Assembly (NCBI GenBank): GCA_036679645.1
Contig: JAZDCY010000087.1
Location: 1 to 23,359 of the forward strand
Source of the DNA: Gemmatimonadota bacterium
GTDB taxonomy: Bacteria; Gemmatimonadota; Gemmatimonadetes; Gemmatimonadales; GWC2-71-9
Length of the DNA stretch: 23,359 nt
Direction of reading: 5' to 3'
Below, piece after piece: positions 8,121 to 14,657 of this stretch. A program made the position numbers and the translations under genes. Numbering within the stretch: position 1 is the stretch's first letter; every line of letters starts with the position of its first letter. The notes beneath the pieces are model-generated. The model had not been told where the DNA came from and made no database searches. It was given only the letters and a program-made list of their open reading frames with translations.

Positions 8121-8643
8121 CGACCGTTATCACTTCGGCGAGCTGACTCGTATCGATCCGCACTCGTTTTTCGACCTCCGCTGTGCCGAGCCTCCGGTAT
8201 CCCGTGCCCGTTTCGAATACATGGACGCCGCAGTCCATAATGGTCGTGGACGGTCGTTGAGCGAAGTCGGGCGCGACGATCGACAGGTAGTGGGGAACGG
8301 CTACGCCGTACTTCCGGTCCGTTTCCGAGAGGCTCGTTGAGTAACCGATGCCGTGCGAGTGGATCTGACCGATTAGGCACACGCCTGCATCGATCGCGAA
8401 GTCGGTCACGTCGTTTAGAAGCCACGACTCGATCACCATCAGCTCCGGACCCTTCCGAACTCCCGGTCCCCGGAGCAAGACCACGTGCGAGACGGAGGCG
8501 CGGCCGGACTTCCGGTTGCCGAGCCACAGCGCGACTCCTTCGTTGCCCCGGGCGCCGTCGCGCGCCATATCGGCCAGGGACACGTCGAGAACGTCGGCCG
8601 CCAGGCGCCAGCGATCGACCCTTGGGAAATAGCGTTCGCTCAT
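8113..8643 (-). CDS. bilC: JAB/MPN (JAMM) metallo-isopeptidase (BilC-like)
   Basis: NEGVALWLG ... GQIHSHGIGYSTSLSETD matches E..HxH..S..D. The ATG at 8643 forms an ATGA overlap with the E2 stop. Confidence 0.9.
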   Translation of the reverse strand: MSERYFPRVDRWRLAADVLDVSLADMARDGARGNEGVALWLGNRKSGRASVSHVVLLRGPGVRKGPELMVIESWLLNDVTDFAIDAGVCLIGQIHSHGIGYSTSLSETDRKYGVAVPHYLSIVAPDFAQRPSTTIMDCGVHVFETGTGYRRLGTAEVEKRVRIDTSQLAEVITVGA

Positions 8644-9080
8644 CGGAATCGGCGTTGGAACTGCGTGTCCAGCTCGTCTTGCAGGGTCCGCAACACTCTC
8701 AGCAAAGGATTGCCGTGGGAGTCCCACGCCATTCGAGGGTCTCGCCGCCACTCGGGGTGGAGCGCAAAGCCCTCCGAACACCAGTTCACGCAGGCGTCGA
8801 GGCTCTGGGGTCTGAATCCGCGGACAACGGGCCAGGCGCTGGCAACATCCAATCGTCCCGTGTCCGGATCCCGGAATTTCAGCGACGGAGCTTCATCGGG
8901 GTACTTTCCCCAAAGCCATCTCGCTTGAAACAGTTCGTGAGCTGCGGGCGTCGGCGCCATGGTTGATAGCACCTCCAGCGACCCGAGCAGATCGAGCGCC
9001 CATCGTTCGGCATCGGGCAATTGCAGGACGGCTTCGTAATCGTCCTTGAGATTCAAAACCGAGAGTTCGTCGGCGGTCAT
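8640..9080 (-). CDS. bilB: E2-like ubiquitin-conjugating protein (BilB-like)
   Basis: KYPDEAPSLKF is the E2-fold YPxxxP motif; also AWP, candidate Cys97/Cys101 (DACVNWC) and HPEW. Lies between the Ubl and JAB genes with ATGA overlaps on both sides. Confidence 0.8.
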   Translation of the reverse strand: MTADELSVLNLKDDYEAVLQLPDAERWALDLLGSLEVLSTMAPTPAAHELFQARWLWGKYPDEAPSLKFRDPDTGRLDVASAWPVVRGFRPQSLDACVNWCSEGFALHPEWRRDPRMAWDSHGNPLLRVLRTLQDELDTQFQRRFR

Positions 9081-9364
9081 CCCTGCACGATCATCTTCTG
9101 CAGCTTCAACTGCAGAACGTGGTGATCGCCGGCGATGTCGCCAAGGGTCCGACTGAGGTCCTCGAGCGGCTCTTTCTTCGCGAAGAGCGTGTAGGTCGCG
9201 AGGTTGCCGTCTTCTGTCGGCCCCTCCGTAAGGCCGAAGGCGGAAAGGACACGTTGTTTGAGCTGTCCGACTGTCTCGCTCGGGTCCGCCGAATCGTCCT
9301 TGAAGGGCTCGCCGGCTGCCGGGAAATGGACAACTAGCTTAAGCTTGATCGCTACGGTCATCAT
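9077..9364 (-). CDS. bilA: Ubiquitin-like beta-grasp protein ending in Gly (BilA-like)
   Basis: 95 aa; ETVGQLKQRVLSAF helix; LEDLSRTLGD resembles ubiquitin LEDGRTLSD; ends LQLKLQKMIVQG*. AGGAGG RBS upstream. Confidence 0.85.
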   Translation of the reverse strand: MMTVAIKLKLVVHFPAAGEPFKDDSADPSETVGQLKQRVLSAFGLTEGPTEDGNLATYTLFAKKEPLEDLSRTLGDIAGDHHVLQLKLQKMIVQG

Positions 9365-9393
9365 GCCCTCCTAGGAAACGGTACTATGCTAGT

Positions 9394-9413
9394 CCGCAGA
9401 TCTGCTGTTTAGC
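9394..9413. promoter_or_regulatory. Candidate operator upstream of the Ubl gene
   Basis: CCGCAGATCTGCTGTTTAGC contains the perfect palindrome GCAGATCTGC and is 17/20 identical to 10511-10530. Confidence 0.65.
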
Positions 9414-9442
9414 GTAGTCCATGGCCCAAAAAACCGCAAGCC

Positions 9443-10156
9443 CTACTCAAACAGGGGCTCAGCCCCCACGGCTTCCGCGAGGTGCCCAAGTTGCAAGAGC
9501 CGCACGCGTGCCGCGGCCGACGATACGGAAAAAGCGCCCGCCACGCGCTGCACGAGCCCATGACCGAGCCGAGAATCGGCAGCCACCAAACCAAGGTGCG
9601 GCTCGCTTGCGAAAACCTTTCGGACCAGGGCCCCGATCTCGGTGGAGGGCATAAGCAGAGCCCCAGAAGCATAACCAGCCTGCCATTCCATCCAGTCGGT
9701 TACGGCCGCCTGCAGAATTGTCTCGCGCCTACACTGCTGCAGCTCACCAGTCTCGGACTCGAAAAGATCGAGTTCTTTACTCTTTTCCTGCCACAGCTGG
9801 TCATGGAAGCAGACGTGTCCGTATTCGTGAGTCAGCGTGGTGCGGAAGCGGTTTTCGTTGAATTCCTGAGTGCTGAGTTCACTGGCTATTCGGACTACTG
9901 GACGCTCCCCGGACTGAAACTCTGTCACACCTTCAACGCCAGCCCCTTCCAGGCGCAGATCAGCATACAGATCAAGTTCCCGGGTATCGCGCTCAATCAG
10001 CTTCGTCAGCGTATCTGTTGGAATCGGGTACATGGGTTGCCCGTGAACCTGAATCATGAACTCCGTGATGGTACGTTCGCACTCAAGATCGAGCTCAGCA
10101 CGGTCGTAGAAGGGCCGTGAGGGAAAACGGCCGGTGGGATCACGTATGTACTTCAC
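9443..10156 (-). CDS. ImmA/IrrE-family metallopeptidase (CapP-like)
   Basis: NRFRTTLTHEYGH (HExxH), WMEWQAGYASGALLMP, and C-terminal FSVSSAAARVRL. Directly downstream of an XRE HTH gene. Confidence 0.9.
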   Translation of the reverse strand: MKYIRDPTGRFPSRPFYDRAELDLECERTITEFMIQVHGQPMYPIPTDTLTKLIERDTRELDLYADLRLEGAGVEGVTEFQSGERPVVRIASELSTQEFNENRFRTTLTHEYGHVCFHDQLWQEKSKELDLFESETGELQQCRRETILQAAVTDWMEWQAGYASGALLMPSTEIGALVRKVFASEPHLGLVAADSRLGHGLVQRVAGAFSVSSAAARVRLLQLGHLAEAVGAEPLFE

Positions 10157-10167
10157 GGGCCGGACCG

Positions 10168-10470
10168 CTAACGTGCTAGGTTCCGGCGAAAGGTCTTGTA
10201 CGCGCTAACCACCTTCTTTCTATCGCGAGCCTTCTTTAGGTCGGCTGGCAATGTACCTGCGAGGTGATACAGATAGTCCTTGTCTTCTCGTAACACCCGG
10301 GCGAGTTCTTCAACGACGTGTGCTGATGGTATACGGCGGTCGCGCTCGATGTCGTTCAAATACTGCGGCGATATCGGTTCCCCATCCTCCTTTCGGATTC
10401 TATTCGCCAGTTCCTTTTGACTCAGGGGAAGTTTCTTTCGCGCTTCAGCGATCACTTGACCGAAGGTCAT
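10168..10470 (-). CDS. XRE-family HTH transcriptional regulator (CapH/ImmR-like)
   Basis: MTFGQVIAEARKKLPLSQKELANRI..ISPQYLNDIERDRRIP; GAGG RBS. Confidence 0.92.
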   Translation of the reverse strand: MTFGQVIAEARKKLPLSQKELANRIRKEDGEPISPQYLNDIERDRRIPSAHVVEELARVLREDKDYLYHLAGTLPADLKKARDRKKVVSAYKTFRRNLAR

Positions 10471-10510
10471 AACGCCTCTAGCGGGTTGTAGTAGCGATTG
10501 GGATGCTCAA

Positions 10511-10551
10511 CCGCTGATCTGCAGATTAGCAGAGAAGTGTATTGGTGTCAA
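10511..10551 (-). promoter_or_regulatory. sigma70-type promoter with overlapping palindromic operator for the HTH-peptidase-Ubl operon
   Basis: Minus strand TTGACA (10551-10546), 17 nt, TAATCT (10528-10523). The near-palindrome GCTGATCTGCAGATTAGC (10513-10530) covers the -10 box. Confidence 0.75.
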
Positions 10552-10568
10552 CGACATATGCGCCGGCC

Positions 10569-11753
10569 TCACTGGAGGCTTCGAAACGCCCGCTGCGCGA
10601 GCGAGTTGAAGAGATCGTTGTGATGATCCTGTGCCTCGACTGCCTCGTGCCACAGCTTGCCGTGGCGTTCCAATACCTTAGTGAAAACCTCCCGAAGATT
10701 CAGTGGCGGAACAGGGACTGGCAGTTCCTTGACGTCCCCCAGGTTGATCCCACGGACCGCCACGCCCTTTACAAAACGTTGCATGAGCTGCTGCATCGGC
10801 TCAGATGCCAAGCACATTTGCATGTATGGAGCCATGTGAGTCCCGATGATCGCCAAACGGGCCGTATCTTGGGTGATATTACCGCCTTCGAGTTCCTTCG
10901 GAGTCACCGCGATCCGTCCCACGTGACCCCTGATTGAGAGGAGTACGTCACCCGCCCGAAGCATCGATCTCTTGTACGCTTCCGCAATCTTTCTTGTGGT
11001 TCTCCTGACCGCATCTCTCACCGTGCCTTCAACCATGTCGACGACTCTGACGTAAGGAATTCCGTCGGGTTGGTCGGGGCCAGGTTTTAGGATGCCGTAC
11101 GTGATGGGACGGTCAGGATCGACTAGCTCTCGAAGCGTACGGACCTCCCACCCCTTCTCATTCCGCACCGGATCCCCAAACATCTCCAAGAACACCGACC
11201 GCAAGAACTCATCCAACAACCCCACCGCCTCCCGCCGCTTCCGCCGCACCGCGTCCGCCTTGTCCAACATCGCGGCAATTCGGCGCTGCTCGGCCAAGGG
11301 GGGGAGGGGAATTCGCTGGGCTCGCAGGAACGACGTCGGGACGCGCTTTTGCCCGGCAGTCCCGGTCATATTGCGCTCGGCCACGAAACGGAAGCGGGCG
11401 TTCCAGACCCCGTAGAACAAGTACCGCGCGTCGATCTCAGGGCCCGGTCGCAGCACATGGAATTCCGTGGAGCCGAATCCCACACTCGTTGGCATCGTAT
11501 CGAGTAGGGCTGCCTTTCCGTTCTCCATGCACGGTGTGATCTTCGCCAGGAGGACGTCGCCGCGCTCGAAGTACGTGTAGCCCTTGAGCACGTCCGCGAT
11601 TTGTCGCTCCTCGTGGTAGCTGACTGTCGCGTCCTCCGACACCGAAGACATCGGCAGGAATGTCACTCGCTCAGACGCGCGTTCCCTCACTCCCTTTGCG
11701 GTGGACGGGTTGATCTCCGCGACAGCGCTCAAGGGCACGAGTCGGGTGCTCAA
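10569..11753 (-). CDS. hsdS: Type I restriction-modification specificity subunit
   Basis: Two target-recognition domains separated by IPLPPLAEQRRIAAMLDKADAVRRKR...FLEMFGDPVRNEKGW; ends LFNSLAQRAF. Confidence 0.96.
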   Translation of the reverse strand: MSTRLVPLSAVAEINPSTAKGVRERASERVTFLPMSSVSEDATVSYHEERQIADVLKGYTYFERGDVLLAKITPCMENGKAALLDTMPTSVGFGSTEFHVLRPGPEIDARYLFYGVWNARFRFVAERNMTGTAGQKRVPTSFLRAQRIPLPPLAEQRRIAAMLDKADAVRRKRREAVGLLDEFLRSVFLEMFGDPVRNEKGWEVRTLRELVDPDRPITYGILKPGPDQPDGIPYVRVVDMVEGTVRDAVRRTTRKIAEAYKRSMLRAGDVLLSIRGHVGRIAVTPKELEGGNITQDTARLAIIGTHMAPYMQMCLASEPMQQLMQRFVKGVAVRGINLGDVKELPVPVPPLNLREVFTKVLERHGKLWHEAVEAQDHHNDLFNSLAQRAFRSLQ

Positions 11754-13306
11754 GGAAGCATTTCCTCGAGGTCCTGCAGATCGCTAGCAATCTCGCCCTC
11801 GATCTTGCGTAGGCGCGCTAGAATCTCGCCGGGCGTCTCATACTCGACCTCTTCGTACGGAATCTCCCTGTACCGATTGATCGACAAGTCGAACTCGTTT
11901 TTCACGATCTCACCGACCGGCACGAAGAACGCCTTGGCAGTGCGGTCCGTGTCCTTCTCCGGATCCCGCTCCCGCCACCGCTGCAACACGTCCGGTATGT
12001 CGTTCTCAGGCGTTCGCTCGCGCTTGTCGTCCAGCGAGTAGCCGTCAGCCTGCATGTCGTAGTACCAGACGTGCTCCGTGTCGCCGCCCTTCACGAAGAT
12101 CAACACCGCAGTGCTCACCCCCGCATACGGCTTGAATACGCCACTCGGCATCTTCACGACGCCCTGCAACTCGCACTGCTCGATCAGCATCTGCCGGAGC
12201 TGCTTGTGCGCCTTGCTCGACCCGAACAGCACGCCGTCCGGCACGATCACCGCCGCCCGACCGCCAATCCGCAGCAGGTTCATGATCCGGTTCACGAACA
12301 ACAGCTCCGTCTTGGTGGTCTTGAGCTTCAGCTCCTCGTGGATGTCCCCCTTGTCGATGCTCCCCTTGAACGGTGGATTGGCGAGCACAACGTCGTAGCG
12401 ATCCTTTTCGTCGTAGCGCTTCGACAACGTGTCCATGTAGCCCAACCTGGGCCGGTCGATCCCGTGCAGCAGCAGGTTCATGAGACCAATGCGGACCATG
12501 GTGGTGTCGAAGTCGTAGCCGTGGAACGTCTTTTCCCTTAATACCTCCCACTGGCGCGGGTCGGTCAGCTTGTCGCCCAACAGCCCCCGCTCGATTCCAT
12601 CCTCACCGACATGACAGTGCTCGGCGCTGGTATGCTGTGTCAGGATGTGCTGGTAGGCACCCAGCAGAAACCCGCCCGTGCCGCAAGCCGGATCGCACAC
12701 CTCCTCGCCCAGCTTGGGATCGACCAGCGACACCATCATCTGGATGATGTGCCGCGGCGTTCTGAATTGGCCGTTCTTGCCGGATGTGCTGATCTCGGCG
12801 AGGAGGTACTCGTATAGATCGCCCTGCACGTCGTGGAAGGTCTGTCCCGTGTCCTGCCGCTCGCGCTCGATCTCGGCGTAGATCTCGTCGATGATCCCCA
12901 CCGCCTCCACCAGCAACGATGCCTTGGGAATAATGAATACGGCATCCTGCATGTACGCGGTGAAGACCTGGCCGCCGTCCTTCAGGTTCTTGATGAACGG
13001 GAAGACGTTGTCGCGCAGGTGGTCCAGCATCTCCTCGGCGGGGAGATGGCGGAACTTGCTCCAGCGCAGGTCCTCGCAAGGACGCTCTTCGCGCGCTCGG
13101 GTTTCGTAGGTGCCGGCGAAGATTGACGTGTGCTCCCGGTCCAGGAACTCGGCGTCGCCCCGCTTCTTGTCGTCCAGCGCGTCGAGCCGGCGCATGAACA
13201 GCAGGTAACTGATCTGCTCGACGGCGGTGAGCGGGTTGGCGATGCCGCCCGACCAAAAATGGTCCCACAGCTTGTCGACCTTGGATTGGATTGGCTGGGT
13301 CAGCAT
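11750..13306 (-). CDS. hsdM: Type I restriction-modification N6-adenine methyltransferase
   Basis: GQFRTPRHI, DPACGTGGFL (motif I), LANPPF (motif IV), VPDGVLFG. Confidence 0.97.
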   Translation of the reverse strand: MLTQPIQSKVDKLWDHFWSGGIANPLTAVEQISYLLFMRRLDALDDKKRGDAEFLDREHTSIFAGTYETRAREERPCEDLRWSKFRHLPAEEMLDHLRDNVFPFIKNLKDGGQVFTAYMQDAVFIIPKASLLVEAVGIIDEIYAEIERERQDTGQTFHDVQGDLYEYLLAEISTSGKNGQFRTPRHIIQMMVSLVDPKLGEEVCDPACGTGGFLLGAYQHILTQHTSAEHCHVGEDGIERGLLGDKLTDPRQWEVLREKTFHGYDFDTTMVRIGLMNLLLHGIDRPRLGYMDTLSKRYDEKDRYDVVLANPPFKGSIDKGDIHEELKLKTTKTELLFVNRIMNLLRIGGRAAVIVPDGVLFGSSKAHKQLRQMLIEQCELQGVVKMPSGVFKPYAGVSTAVLIFVKGGDTEHVWYYDMQADGYSLDDKRERTPENDIPDVLQRWRERDPEKDTDRTAKAFFVPVGEIVKNEFDLSINRYREIPYEEVEYETPGEILARLRKIEGEIASDLQDLEEMLP

Positions 13307-13331
13307 GCGTCCTCCATGAACCGTGCGTTCA

Positions 13332-13535
13332 CGCGCGATTCATCGCGCGCCGCGCAGCGCCGAGCGCGGGTTTCAACCCGCGAACCCCACGGTGATGCCC
13401 CGCCCGCGTCCCGGGGTAGTGGCGTTCGAATCCGCCACAATGAGGTGAGACCGCGTCCGCCAACTCGGTTCGCGCCCTGAAGGGCGCGCTCGGCGGCCTG
13501 ACGGCCGGCGCGTCTTGAAAGACGCTGGCGCCTAC
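13332..13535. repeat. Cluster of REP-like GC-rich hairpins in inverted arrangement
   Basis: Palindromes at 13332-13349, 13365-13382, 13419-13438, 13471-13488 and 13510-13525; GTAG tetramers at 13416 (+) and 13535 (-). Confidence 0.75.
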
Positions 13536-14581
13536 GAATCCCGCGGCACCCATTGCGCGCCCCGACCGTAACCTTCCAGTTCGATCTTCCCTTCATCCCT
13601 GAGCCTCCGTAACACATGCCGAACCATCTCCCGACTCACACCGGGACAGTCAGCCTCGATATCCGCGATGCCGAACGGGCGTGCCCGCCGGGCTACCGCC
13701 TGCTCGATGCAGTCTGTCTTGGAACCGCGCCCGCCCTGAACCGCGCCGACGCGCGCTTCGAATTCCCCGTAAGCACGTAGTAACACGCCCCAGAAGTACG
13801 TCACCCACGGCAGCGCATCGTGCGTTCCCTCGTGCCAGCCCTGTGAGCTTGTCTCGAGCGTTTCGTAGTAGCTCTCCTTCGACTCCTCAGCGATGCGCTC
13901 GATGCTGATGTACTTCCCGACGGCATAGCCGGCCTGATAGAGCAGTAGCAGCGTGAGGAGCCGTGCCATGCGGCCGTTCCCGTCGGTGAACGGGTGGATG
14001 CACAGGAAGTCGAGCACCGCCAGGGGAATGACGAGGAGCGGCTCGCGTTGTTGATCCACCGCCTGAGCATAGGCGTCGGCAAGGGCATCCATGGCCGGCG
14101 GGGTAGCGACGGGAGTTACCGGCGTAAAGCGCACGCGGCGGACCGTGCCGTCCGAATTCCGCTCCACGATCTCGTTCTGTGTCATCTTCCACCGACCGCC
14201 ATCTGCCGGCAAGTAGCGATAGAGGATGCCGTGGAGTTGGAGAATGACGTTCACCGAGGGCGTCATCTCCATGGCCGATTCGTGAATGAGATTCAGCGCA
14301 TCCCGATAGCCGGCGATTTCCTGTTCCGGCCGGTCCTGCGGGGCGGTAGGTCTCAGAACGAGCGCTTTGATGCGGTCCCGAGGGACGCTGATTCCCTCTA
14401 ATCGGTTGGATGACTCCGACGACTCGATGACCGCGGCCTCCCGCAGGGCCTCGAGGACCTCAGGGGTCTGCCTGCGAAACAGCTCCTGCTTACCCCGATA
14501 CTCGCCTAGCGTCGCGAGAGTCGAGGCGAGGTCGGCCGGGAGCCGGAGTCGGTCCAGGTACGGAGAGGCGATGGAGAGCAT
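13532..14581 (-). CDS. Fic-family protein with C-terminal HTH
   Basis: HPFTDGNGRMAR is the canonical Fic motif; ESSESSNRLEG resembles the (S/T)xxxE(G/N) inhibitory motif; C-terminal winged-HTH-like tail. Confidence 0.95.
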   Translation of the reverse strand: MLSIASPYLDRLRLPADLASTLATLGEYRGKQELFRRQTPEVLEALREAAVIESSESSNRLEGISVPRDRIKALVLRPTAPQDRPEQEIAGYRDALNLIHESAMEMTPSVNVILQLHGILYRYLPADGGRWKMTQNEIVERNSDGTVRRVRFTPVTPVATPPAMDALADAYAQAVDQQREPLLVIPLAVLDFLCIHPFTDGNGRMARLLTLLLLYQAGYAVGKYISIERIAEESKESYYETLETSSQGWHEGTHDALPWVTYFWGVLLRAYGEFEARVGAVQGGRGSKTDCIEQAVARRARPFGIADIEADCPGVSREMVRHVLRRLRDEGKIELEGYGRGAQWVPRDS

Positions 14582-14582
14582 G

Positions 14583-14657
14583 AAATGCGTAATAAGGTAA
14601 ATAAACGTGACAACAAAGCTATGTAATTACGCATTTATTGTCAATCGCCACGCATTT
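14583..14657 (-). promoter_or_regulatory. fic promoter with 11-bp inverted repeat
   Basis: Minus strand TTGACA (14644-14639), 17 nt, TAGCTT (14621-14616). AAATGCGTAAT (14583-14593) and ATTACGCATTT (14626-14636) are perfect inverted copies; a partial third copy ACGCATTT is at 14650-14657. Confidence 0.65.

Noticed and set aside
8644..8781. N-terminal extension of the JAB ORF (start 8781)
   Set aside because: It overlaps the E2 gene; the ATGA-coupled start at 8643 is more plausible.
6588..10470. Calling the locus CBASS (Cap2/Cap3) or a ThiS/MoaD sulfur-relay operon
   Set aside because: No CD-NTase is visible, E1 and E2 are separate genes with a free Ubl, and there are no thiamine, molybdopterin or cysteine synthesis genes nearby.
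11160..11310. Strong C/A strand skew and G-run inside hsdS as a phase-variation or shufflon site
   Set aside because: It corresponds to the conserved central helical spacer; the frame is intact and no second hsdS copy or recombinase is present.
13332..13535. CRISPR array or tRNA (GTTCGAATCC at 13424-13433 resembles a T-loop)
   Set aside because: No regularly spaced identical repeats and no cas genes; I could not build a cloverleaf or T-stem around the motif, which fits a REP-like hairpin.
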